Below, piece after piece: positions 53,019-64,000 of a stretch of DNA of 64,000 bases. Source of the DNA: Sphaerodactylus townsendi (taxonomy: Eukaryota). The stretch covers positions 117,242,001 to 117,306,000 of the forward strand of contig NC_059425.1 in NCBI RefSeq assembly GCF_021028975.2. The letters run 5' to 3'. The notes below the pieces were generated by a model that did not search any database, was not told the origin of the DNA, and was given only the letters and a program-made list of their open reading frames with translations. Every line of letters begins with the position of its first letter. Within the stretch, counting starts at the first letter, position 1. A program made the translations under genes and the position numbers.

Positions 53019-53204
53019 CAGTGGTTCTCACCCTTCCTAATGCCGTGACCCTTTAATACAGTTCCTCACATTGTGGTGACCCCCAACCCTAACATTTATC
53101 CATTTTACAGATGGAGAACACTGATGCAGAGAGTCTTAGGCAACCCCTGTGAAAGGGTCGGTCGACCCCCAAAGGGGTCCCGACCCGCAGGTTGAGAACC
53201 ACTG
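53019..53204. mobile_element. SPIN/URR1-type hAT MITE
   Basis: TIR CAGTGGTTCTCA.CCT/AGGTTGAGAACCACTG. Perfect 8-bp TSD CACTATAG at 53011-53018 and 53205-53212. Confidence 0.9.
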
Positions 53205-54568
53205 CACTATAGTAATACTTTATTGTGGTCCTTAATTTATTTGCTGGTTAACTACCCATAGGGAACATTTTGTATTAGGAAGCATTTAAAACTATAACAT
53301 CCCACTAGAAGAAACACAGTTTGAGAGCCACCCTCTCAGCCTACAACCATCTCTCATGCAGATAGGCCCTTTAAATATATCTGCACATGTATGAAAATGA
53401 AGTTGGAAAGCTAGCACAACAGGGAGATGGGTTGTGCCAGTTTTCTACTTGCAGGGAACTTTCTGGCTAAGAATATGACTGTCCCATCTGCTGTCTTACA
53501 TGACACCATCCACCTAGACACTCTACCACTGCATTTTCACCACTTTCAGGTGAATGTATAGATCTAGCCTTTTTTGTTTGTTGTGAGTAATGTTTCTCTC
53601 AGCTGAACACAGCTTTTCAGGCACTATCATTTCCCTCATTTAATGGCTTAGCTATCTGGCTCAGTGCCTGGTATCTTTTGATGCTTCTTTATCTTGTGTA
53701 AGCAGAATGGTTACACATATGCAAGCAAACCAGTCACAAGACTCATTACTCAGGCACATAACTGCAAGAAAGGCCCTGCTGAAGCCCTATCGGCAAAATG
53801 ATTCCAAAATCAATCAACACCCAAGACTAAAAATGCCCTTTCATTTGTTAAATCGGAGGCCTAGGGGATTATGTTGGTCAGTCAACTATGTTCTTTAGAG
53901 TGTACACTTTTCATGATGATCTACAGCATTCAAAAGAGAAACCTAAGAGAAGGAACACTGCACAATCTCCTTTTCTGAAGTGTTGGCTACAAAGTCATAG
54001 GGTAACTTTTAATTATTTCTGCAGAGAAATAAGCCAATAAATAATTTGCAGAGGAAAATTGTTGGGAAAGGTTATTTTACATTTTGTGTTTACAACACTC
54101 TTCATGAAAACATACACACACCCCTTACCTGGATGGTTTGGCTTCAGGATTCCCCTGGGCCTACCACAGTGTTAATTTTGCCAGAAACAGCCAAACCATA
54201 CATGTCTAGAGTACTGTGCTCCCATTTGGGTGCATGTCCATAGATAGGGGTGGTATAGACACTAACAGGAGGTGCTTGGCCCTGCTCCACCAGCTAATAT
54301 GTGCCAATCCATTCATAAACAAGGGAACCCATAGGAAATTCTTGTGCCTGTGTTCCTACCCTCTTTCCAAACGTAGATCCAGTTCTGTCTGAGTTCCCTG
54401 AAAGGATTATCAGGAAACGGTTTAAGAGGTCTAGAAAGTAAAACCTTAGGGCTCACTTAACACGCACACATGTACAGCTGGGGGCTACCCGCAAAGTGCT
54501 ATGTGAAACTGGCTATCCTATCAGATGCAGGAGGTGTGTCTTTTCAAATTCAGGTAGCTTTAGTCATT

Positions 54569-54820
54569 GTATTGTTGAAGACTGTCACAACTGGAATCTA
54601 CTGGTTGTTGTGGGCTTTCAGGGTCTAGTAGTTTTTGCTCTTAACATTTTGTCTGCATCAATGGCTTAAGCACATTTAATGTTTTGCATGCATCTATGGC
54701 CATGGAGAGAAACACGTCTTACCATGACATGCCTCTAAATGTCCAGCCATACATGCAGGCAAAAAGTTAACAGCAAAAACAGACTCTGCCACACAGCCTG
54801 AAAAACCAACAACAGCTAGT
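54569..54820. mobile_element. Decayed inverted pair of Penelope terminal repeats
   Basis: The left arm resembles 61299-61410 and the right arm its reverse complement, with a broken hammerhead (cctctaaatgtccagccatacatgcaggcaaaaagtt). Confidence 0.6.
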
Positions 54821-56109
54821 TTTAGTCATTGTTGTTTTTAGGTTTTTGAGTTTTCATTTTTCATTTCAGTTCCATTAAATTCAACAGGAAATGCACTCTC
54901 AGGTGTAATGGTTTTTTTCTCCATATGGCTGAGATAAAATTCTTACAGACTGTAGTCTTCATACAAGATATCCTTCTTGCTAAGGGATCAATGGCTGGCA
55001 ATTCCCTAAAAACCAACAACAACCAAGAATGGCAGCAGCCTGCACAATACCAATATAAGGAATATCGATATTACATGTTAAGGGCTAACCCCACCCACCC
55101 CAAACAGCAATCTTCATTCTTGGCTTGGTAGAGAATGACCTAAAAAGAGTGAAACCCCAAAGTAAGAGGAAACATCGGGGTTTCCCTGCTCTCTCTAATC
55201 ACAGGGCTTCCAGGAACAGTGGCACCATAAGTGTAAGTGCATCTGTATAGAAATCTCTGCCACAAAGGAAACATTCCCTTGCTGTTTGCCAGAGCAACAG
55301 TGTATAATTGGCCATAAAGTTTTTCTTATTGTTATTATTTTGCATTTGGATTAGTTGAGCCATTCTAACCCAATGGCATATTCCAAAGAGCAGTAGAAAA
55401 CACAAACCAACTTCACATTTGTTTCCATCTGTTAAATTAACACCGTGACTCTTACATCTTAAGATATAATATTAGAGACATCGGATTGTATTTTCAAATT
55501 CTGTTGTGCAGATCCAGAATACCACTACATAACTAAATTGCCTTTAAAAAATTATTTATGACAAATCACATTAACAAGTTCTGCTTAATGTTTAAATAAT
55601 TTTCCATGTTGTGATATTCTAGCAATGATTTCTAAAATGACCCTCACTACTTATTTGATTAAGATTGGGTTTGACATGTTTTCCAGTTCTCTGCAGTGGC
55701 TCTCAAAGCAGCAATGTGTTTTGGACATCCTATCATCCTGTTCGCAAGCTTCTTAAGGAATAAATCCTCTGCTTGAATAATCACAAATGAAAAACTTAAG
55801 CCCTACTCTTTTTTTCATTCTATATTTTGTATTGAAAAGCATGTGCTAAAGTAAAAAAAGCTTAATGAAACACACACACACCATCCTATCCAGATATGGA
55901 ATCTACAGGGAAAGAGAACATTTCTGATGCAAATCAATTTCCTTAAAACAATTAAACATTCTTTTGTTGGAGTTCTTGGATGTAATTATGGCTTCTCAAA
56001 TAAGTTTCAAGGAATTGAGCAGAATTAAGTGTATTTTCAGTACAACAACACTTTAAAGGAAGAGAGAAATATTTAGGGAATCTATGGTAAAAATGATCTA
56101 CTACCGGGG

Positions 56110-56275
56110 AGGGGAGGTCTATGGCTCAGTGGCAGAACACACATTTCACATGCTGAAGCAGGTGCTGGAAAGGATCTTTGCCTGCTTGGATCCTTGGAGA
56201 ATTAAAACCTCAGTGTGGACATTACTGAAGATGGACCACTGGTATGACTCTGCAGAAAACAGCTTCAAGTGTTTT
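56110..56275 (+). mobile_element. Degenerate tRNA-derived SINE (Squam2-like)
   Basis: A box TGGCTCAGTGGCAGAAC and a CR1-like tail 'gatggaccactggtatgactc...cagcttca'. Confidence 0.55.
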
Positions 56276-57080
56276 TACATACGGAGGAACAATTCTATCA
56301 TTTAGGACGAATTGTACTCACAGATCAGTCAGTAAATATTAAGAACCAGATCCCAGCATTCTATCTCACCTCAACATCATACCAAGGCCAAGTTTTTAGC
56401 ATAGTAATTCTCTAAGCAGGGGGAAAGGGAAGAAACTGCTCCCAATTATTCTAAAAGTATACCATGCCAAGGTTTTCGTATTTAGAAAATTGTCAAATGT
56501 ATGCAGCTAAAAAACTATTTGTCAGCTTTCAAACAGTTCACTGAAAAGTGTTGCCATATGATAGCTGTTCCAGAAAAGAGCAGCTGTGAATCAGGACGAC
56601 TGCAGTTGCTGCTCGGGATGGGCAGGAAGGAGTCCCCGGCTCCAGCCCTGGTAAAGGCAGAAGTGGACTTTTAGCCATACCATGGCAGGGCAGACAGGCA
56701 TCGCGGTGCTTCCCCCACGATGTCATCAGGAAAGGAGGCTGGCCTGAACCTATAAAGGTCCTGGTCAGCCTTTGTGCCAGCCATGTGTTTGGGTTTGCCA
56801 CAAACCATGCAGAGTTAACAGCAATGACATTTTCTCCCTGGTGTCAGGGGGATGCTATCTAGGTGATTGAGATACATTCCCGGAATCATGTAACTGCTTA
56901 AAATAATAAATTGCTGCTGCCTTAAAGATATATGTAACCAGCCAGTTATATGTATCCACTGCCATCTGCACATTCTTTCCTTGATCTTTGCTTTATAGCT
57001 TCACACACTTGTAGATAACTAGGCTTCCCCTCCTATCCCCTGGCAATTATGTTATATCCACTATCTCGTGGGGCAGGGAG

Positions 57081-57272
57081 CAGAGGTGGGATCCAACCAA
57101 TTCTCACCACTTCTCTAGAAGTGGTTACTAATTTTTTCTGAGTGCCACGAAGGGGTTACTAAAGCAACTTCCCTGCCCAATAGGAACTGGAGGTGCGAGT
57201 GTGCAGTGGCACCACTATTTGAATCCCACCATCATTGGAACCTGTTATTAAAATTTTTGGATTCCACCACTG
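57081..57272. mobile_element. hAT MITE
   Basis: TIR CAGAGGTGGGATCCAA/TTGGATTCCACCACTG with 8-bp TSD gcagggag/gcagagag. Confidence 0.8.
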
Positions 57273-57939
57273 GCAGAGAGCCAGGTTTTTCACAAACTGT
57301 TGGGCAAAAGGGAGGGGACTCTCTCTGGAGATAAAGAGGACTGTGAATGCCAGCTTCGTCAGAACTGGCTTTACCAGTGTGGTGCCTATTCAATAATCGC
57401 TACTGATCAATACTTCAGAGCCCGTTTATTGGCTTAAGGGTCCAATACCTAACACTTGGTTATCTTTCATGCAAAGAAATGCTTGCTGCGAGCAGTGAGC
57501 ACATCATTTGTAGAACAGATCCCAGTTTATATCCTGAGAATCTGAATACAATTTGCCGTCCTCAAACCCCACAAGGAGGGTGGTAAAACTAACCCAAAAT
57601 AAAGAGTTTGATCATCGCAACGTAACTCTCTTCAGAAAGATATTGCCTAATAATGATTTTTCAGGCTTTTACGATACAATGGATAACACCGATATTTCTA
57701 TAACTTGCGTCTATGTAAAAGTCACTGGCTGGGATCCTGTGCAGCCATTTCCTTCTGCCCTCAAAGTATGACTTTCTTGCCTCTTCCTGCCCACTTCATC
57801 CCAAAATGCTGCTCTCCCAAATGTGTTTCCTGGGGTTATACTGTGTCTTCAACCCACAGAAATGCTGCATTTGGATCAAGGATACACCCGTCCCTTTCTT
57901 TTTAGACCTTCTGGACAAAGCCAGAAGAATAACCCCACT

Positions 57940-58480
57940 AGAACACCCCTGTCTGAATGGTGTATCAGTGGAATATGTATTGGATCACTGCTATCTAATG
58001 TACTGAAACCATCTGACAACATATTGAATGGTGAGGTAATCATGCGTGCAAATGATGCCAAATTCCTCAGGTAGATGAAATTCAAGGAGATTGCTTAAAA
58101 CGCCAAGAAGTTTTTTCCAATTTGAATAATAATAACGGATATGATTCAATGCAAGTATGAAGTGATGTATATTGAAACAAAAACAACTTCACATGTATAT
58201 TGATGGGTTCTGAATTGACTGTGACTTGCTAGGAAGCAGAACTTGGGGCACAGAAGACTGTGCACTGATACAGTGAGCAACACAGTGTTCAGAATTATTA
58301 GAAAATATCTGAAAATAAGATAATAAGGATCCTGTCACAGAGAGCTTTGGCATAGCAATGTTTAGAATGGAACTGTGTATTCTTCCATTTGTCTAGTCTC
58401 AGAAGAATAACAGCGGGGAAATGGTATGGGAAAGTAAAACTATGACAGTCAAGCAGCTGGATCACTCTACCTCTTTCATT
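57940..58480 (+). mobile_element. Ancient CR1 RT fragment
   Basis: GEVIMRANDAKFLR aligns to CR1 ..KFADDTKL, followed by decayed FN..K..VM.I motifs. Confidence 0.55.
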
Positions 58481-58769
58481 ATTTTTCTGAACTAGAGTTG
58501 TCAGGGATGGCTGATTGAGATGGAAAACAGTAACAGGATTTTTCTTTGTACTCTTACATACATAACAGTCTGTCCTCTAGTAAACCTGATCACTCTTTAT
58601 TTTATGGCAAAGATTTCACACAGCACCTAAATTAAACTTGTGAAATTCACCAGCACAATATGACGGTTATTAGCTAGGTTTGAGGGCGGGGGGCAAAGGC
58701 AACAAAACATGGCCATTGTGGCATCTGGCTAGTTAAGGATCATTTTCTCACAAATGTTCCTGTCCAGAA

Positions 58770-59095
58770 ATTAAGATCACAAGAAGAAGTGCTCCTGATT
58801 TTTCCATCCATCAAAGAAGCTCATTTGGTGGGGAAAGAAGATGGGGACTTCTTGGGAGAAGTCCCATGGTGATGGAACAACCTCCCCAGGGAGATAAGCC
58901 TGCCCCCCTCTCTTTTGATCTTTAAAAGGCAATTGAAGATGGTTTTATTTAGGACTGCATTCTATTAAATACACTATCAGTCCTATTGTAATTTTAAATT
59001 TTATATCTTTAATATAATTTATTTTATGTTTTATTTATGTTGCAAGCTGCCTTGAACTTCACAAGGAAGAAGGCAGCTAATACATTTTTAAAACA
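58770..59095 (+). mobile_element. Old L2 3' end
   Basis: Decayed L2 end (tggaacaacctcccc...tttaaaaggcaattgaagatggttttattt) followed by an AT-rich tail. Confidence 0.5.
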
Positions 59096-61298
59096 AATGA
59101 CTAAATATTGCTGAAAACAGAAAGAAGAACCTTGGACTGATCTAAAGATCATTTATCCAGCACAATGAGTCAAAAAAAATGCCCAAACTAACATCATGGC
59201 AATGGCAAAAGTACTGAATTTTTTATTGTTCTGTGTTAAAAAAAATCTTGTATGCATTTATTAACTAAGTAATTAAAGCATCTATATTCCACTTTCCCCA
59301 GAGCTCAAAGCAGGTTACAATACAATACATTAGAACATCATACAACAATGAACCCCCTATTTCCCCCAATGGAATAACAATTGACAAGATATAAGAAATC
59401 AATGTAATGTCTGCTCAAGGGGGCTAGGTTTCCCACTATGGGTATGTGGGGGTGGGTGGGAATGGGGCTATACCAATATTGCTCTGACATGCAAAATCAC
59501 TGCTGGGAAAAACTGGAAGTGATAGCATGACATTCTAGGATTCAGCCTGAACTTTATAGTTTAATCATAGCATTTTGGATGAACCCTACAGTATTGCATT
59601 CAGCATCATGACATCACTTCTGGTTTTTCATAATTTTTCCAGGTCCCCCTGCCAGCCAGCACAGGGGTGGGTTGGAATGGAGTTGTTGCCAGTGATGTCG
59701 CTGTGACACCAGGCTTGACCTTTCACCACTGCCAGTAAGTTCCCCCACCAGTCAACTGATTAGCAGTGAGGGCAGTAGCTGGGGATCTCCCCCCCAGCTC
59801 TGCAGAGACTTCTCAATCCTAGTTTTTCACCAGAAGACACATTGCCTGTTGGCTGAACTGTCCCTCCAACATCCTCCTGGCAGGTTGCTAGATGCAGCGG
59901 GCAGCCTTGCCCCTGCCACCTTCATTCCATTCAAAGCTCTGCTGAATAAAACAGCCTTATAGCAATTTTTGAAATGTTCTCCCTTGCGGAGTTAACTTGG
60001 ACAATCAACTATAGTTAGGAGGTGCTATTAAAATTCTATAAACGTGGGAAATTGAATTGATTGATTAGTTAATTGAATGATTGAGAGCTTTCTTCTCAGA
60101 AAGGGTGCTGTCAGAAAGGGTTCCTTGCTTATTTGTGCAGTAAGATACTTTTATGGATTGATGCAATTACTCTACTTTAATTATCTACATAACCATGATG
60201 GATAGTATATATATCTTTAATTCAGTCAGTATTAAGAATGCAATAACTATGTTTTAATAAAGCTCAGCATGGAAGCAGAAATTCTCTAATGGTATTATAT
60301 CCTAAATAAACCTAAATGCTATTGAGATTTGGCTCTGGTTAGGAGTTAAATAATCTGATACAGGAAAGCTACATAGACCTCTTGGGATTTGTAAGTGTCT
60401 ACCTATCTGGATCAGGCCTTACTAGACTCCTTTTCTCTAACCAGCGATTCTGGTGTTGGTATCTTCTGACTGTTTAGGCAGACAGTAGCAGCTAGTTCAC
60501 TTCCTGTTTTTGGAGCTGCAGCCTAAAGATAGATGATGCCGTGTGCATTTATTGAGGGAAGACTTTATTGACCTCAGTGGAAATGGCTTCCAATAAACAC
60601 AAACAGGATTGGAGATTAAGTTGTCTATATACTTTGAAAGCTTTTCTGCAACCTAACTTGTCTAAGTGATAACAGCATGTAGGGGGAATATAGCAAATCA
60701 GAATTTATTCAGCCTTAATTCAGCAGCAGTTCTTATATGCGTTCCTGCATATCTTTGAATACAGCTCCTCCAAAATAAAATAAAATAAATAGGAAAACTG
60801 TATATTGCCAAAATCAGGAAGAAGCGCTAAGTACAACTATGTACTCTTTGGGTGAAAAGGTGCCCAGGATTGGAGCCTGCAGAGCAAACATACTGGGGCA
60901 ACCTTCAGCAAATGGAGGCAGGGAGAGTCCCTTCAGCAGCACATAAAATGTTGAACTCAAGCTGAGGAGGAAACTGCCCAGAGAGCTTAATGAGACACCC
61001 TGCCCAAGTGGCAGCTTCCCTGAAGCCAAGCCTCAGAGTCTGCAGGGAAAGGAAAAGATGAGTGGGTGAGTGAGTGAGTGAGTGAGTGAGGGGGACGATG
61101 GGCAGGGGCAGCACGGCGGCAGCGGTGGTGGGTGGCTCGCGTATAAATGTGCTGAAAAAGTCGACTTATACGTGAGTATATACAGTAAATAAAATAAAAG
61201 TTTCTAAATAAATACATGTGCTGGTTATCAGTATTTAGTTACTGTTCTACAGAGTAACACATCTCATCAGATCTTGGCTGCTAAGCAGGGTTAGCCCT

Positions 61299-62286
61299 GT
61301 ATTGTCGAAGGCTTTCATGGCCGGAATCACTAGGGTGCTGTGTGGTTTCCGGGCTGTATGGCCGTGTTCTAGCAGCATTCTCTCCTGACGTTTCGCCTGC
61401 ATCTGTGGCTGGCATCTTCAGAGGATCTGATAGTTGGAAAGGAAAGCAAGTGGAGTATATATACCTGTGAGTAAAGGTCAATAGGTGAGGGCATCTGAAT
61501 AGGAGTGGCCTGGCAAGTGAGTAACAATGAAGTGTAGCATGTGAGTAACAGTGGAGATAGCAAGGTCAATAGTGGTGAGTGCATCTGGAATAGAAGCTTT
61601 TAGTCTGGCCTTTGTTCCTTTCTTTGGATTGGTTCTATAGCTTCATCCTGTGTCTGTGTGGGAGCTCGATTAGTCACTGTTCCTTGACTCTAGTGTTTTT
61701 TTCAAAACTGGCAGTTTCTCAAATTCTGTTCATTTTCAAGGTTTCTTCCTTTCTGTTGGAAATTGGTCCATGTGTTTTGTGGATTTCCAATGGCTTCTGT
61801 AGGGTTCAGAATTTGCTTCCAGGATACTGAACCATACTCATTCATTTCACTGTTTCACCAGCATGGCCATCAATAGGCCATGCTGACAGAGGCTGATGGG
61901 AATTGTAGTTCCTGGAACATCTGGAGAGCCGCAGGTTCCCTACCCCTGGTGTAGTCTGAGATAGTGGTTGTCAGAGTGGTCCAGAATTTCTGTGTTTTCA
62001 AATAATATTCTGTGTCCAGGTTGGTTTGTTATGTGTTCTGCTATTGCTGATTTTTCTGGCTGAAATAGTCTGCAGTGCCTTATGTGTTCTTTGATTCGTG
62101 TCTGAGCGCTGCATTTGGTGGTTCCTATGTAAACTTGTCCACAGCTACATGGTATGCGGTAGACTCCTGCAGTAGCTAGAGGATCCCTCTTATCCTTTGC
62201 TGAACATAGCATATGTTGATTTTTCTTAGTGGGTCTGTAGATTGTTTGTAGGTTATGCTTCTTCATCAGTTTTCCTATGCGGTCAG
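61299..62286 (-). mobile_element. Penelope-like retroelement, 5'-truncated: GIY-YIG endonuclease remnant plus terminal repeat; interrupted by a MITE fragment at 61858-61948
   Basis: ORF 61940-62266 reads AGVYRIPCSCGQVYIGTT...RIKEH.RHCR...KSAIAEH, the Penelope GIY-YIG domain. The 3' repeat ends ...GAAAGCCTTCGACAATAC. Confidence 0.92.
61383..61425 (-). ncRNA. Minimal type I hammerhead ribozyme in the Penelope terminal repeat
   Basis: Minus strand: UCCU-CUGAAGA-U-GCC(agccacagaugca)GGC-GAAAC-GUC-AGGA. Both core boxes, stem I, stem II, the GUC site and a palindromic minimal stem III (ACGU) are present. Confidence 0.8.
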
Positions 62287-64000
62287 GCTTTAATGAGGCA
62301 GTTCACTAGCACATTTGGCTTTGGCATCTATCAAATCATCCAATAGTCCCTGATTGGTCAATGCTTTTCTTCCTTTCCTTGGGGAAGGAACAGATTGATA
62401 GGTCTAGCCAGTGGTATTTCTATGGAAAATAGTGCCTATGGCACATGGCATCAGCATGTCCCTTAGGTACTAGTGATCGGTCCTCCTGCTGGCCAGCCAT
62501 GTGCCTCTGGTGCATGCCAGCAACTTCACTGTTGCAAGTTGCAAACCATGGCCCTATTTATACCAAGAAGGACTGTGGTGGAAATGACTAGTACTGGACA
62601 CCTGTCCTGCTACTGCCGGGGCCCCTCTGAGCTTTGGCATATCTCTTCTGCATGTATAGATCCCATCAGGGAGCTCTATAAAGGCCCACTTTCAAGTGTG
62701 GCACTGGACAGGAGAGTGGGAAACTCCTGCATATTAGCTGCATGTCCCCTTTGCCTCCTGCAGGATGCTGCTGCTCCTGGTGCCACTCATCAGCCTCGCA
62801 CAGCGCTTCTGGGACCTCATGCCATTTGAACACAAAGGCAAGCCTGCTCTGGCCCCAGTAAACTTTTCTTTGCCTCTCTCTCCCAGCCAGCACTGTCCAA
62901 AATCTCAGCTCCTCCACTCTGCATGCCTGGCCTGTACATGATAGAATTCAATGGGAGAGGGCAGAGTGGGGAGAGGGCAGATCAGCCTAGTGCCTGAGAC
63001 CTCAGATTCTCCCTCCCACCCCTCCAATGGCCATGAAGAAGGGATGAGTGAGAGCCAGTCAAGAGCTCCGCCCAGTCAAGCTGGTGCAAAAGTGAGTGAA
63101 AGGCAAGGGCTCTCAAACAGGGATGTGGAAATGGCTTGTGCAGATGGCTTGTGGGGCAGGATGGGGGAGATCCAGAGCGGGATGGATTATTCCAGCTCCC
63201 TGGCTATGTCCTACATGCAAATTTCTCACTCTTGCATGGGTCTTCAGTCCACCTCTCAAGTTCAGTTTTCTCTGGGGAAACCCTCCTCTAGCATGTCCTT
63301 AAAAGCCTGTTTTTTCTAAACTGTGGCAGATGGGCAAGTAGGCAGAGATGGTGCCCCCTCACAGGTGGCATCCAGGGCATAGTCCATGCCTGCCATACTT
63401 TAGATATATCACTGAGTCTAGCCAAGCGTCCACTGACCACTCAGAGATTCAGAGGGAGCTATAAGGAGGACTATCCTTGTCCAATGAACTAGCATACTGG
63501 TATGGATAGGACTATTGTTCTTCTTGAATTATAACTGTGCTGAAGACTACAGTGATCAGTGTCCCTGGAGGAAAAAGCAGATTTGGAGGGCAGACTGCTT
63601 GGCAACAGGTGAAGGCTAAGGGAGAGGAGATATGGGGATGCATTGTCATCTGTACCATGTGAGAGGTAAAAATGTTGCTTTTACATATACCAAAGAGGTG
63701 TTACTTTTATAAACATAAGTATACACGGGACAATGATTGCCTTATAAGTTATAAAAGAAGGTATCTTTAGGTGTTTTCATAAGGTGCAAGACTATATTAA
63801 GTTATCTACACACATAAACATATTTTAGTGCACAAATATGGGATTTAGAAGTCAAGCAAAGCATAAACCCCTTCCCACAGAATCACAAGATTTGGTAGGT
63901 GAACCTGGAATATAAAGTCTATGTATAGTAATTCACACTTGAATATACAATGAGGTTGGAAAGCCTGTTAAGTTGGATGGAATCCAAAGAGAGGATGGGA

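Noticed and set aside
36200-64000. 3' exons of the expected convergent neighbour SLC35F1
   Set aside because: No minus-strand exon with transporter-like sequence was recognised. It probably lies beyond the window.

Overview
Vertebrate genomic DNA, most likely from a squamate reptile and probably a gecko (inferred from its CR1, tRNA-SINE, SPIN and Penelope repeats). The + strand carries the last nine coding exons of CEP85L (3692-30307). All have GT-AG boundaries, their phases join into one open frame ending ...DMGENCITQ*, and a probable ~5.8 kb 3' UTR runs to about 36.1-36.2 kb. The 5' exons lie upstream of the window. No other host gene was recognised in 36-64 kb. The rest is a dense transposon landscape: CR1 and L2 LINEs, tRNA-derived SINEs, hAT, Harbinger-like and Tc1/mariner MITEs, solo LTRs, a decayed DIRS element and Penelope elements. 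Four things stand out. (1) Two young inverted CR1 copies bracket four CEP85L exons totalling 612 nt; back-splicing would give a circle with a stop-free reading frame. (2) A Penelope terminal repeat carries an intact minimal hammerhead ribozyme, and two palindromic relics carry inverted decayed hammerheads. (3) Two SPIN-type MITEs belong to a family known for horizontal transfer. (4) A CpG-rich solo LTR has a perfect 6-bp target-site duplication (TSD). Almost all ORFs in the supplied track are spurious or transposon-derived. Family names and orthologue sequences are recalled, not searched.
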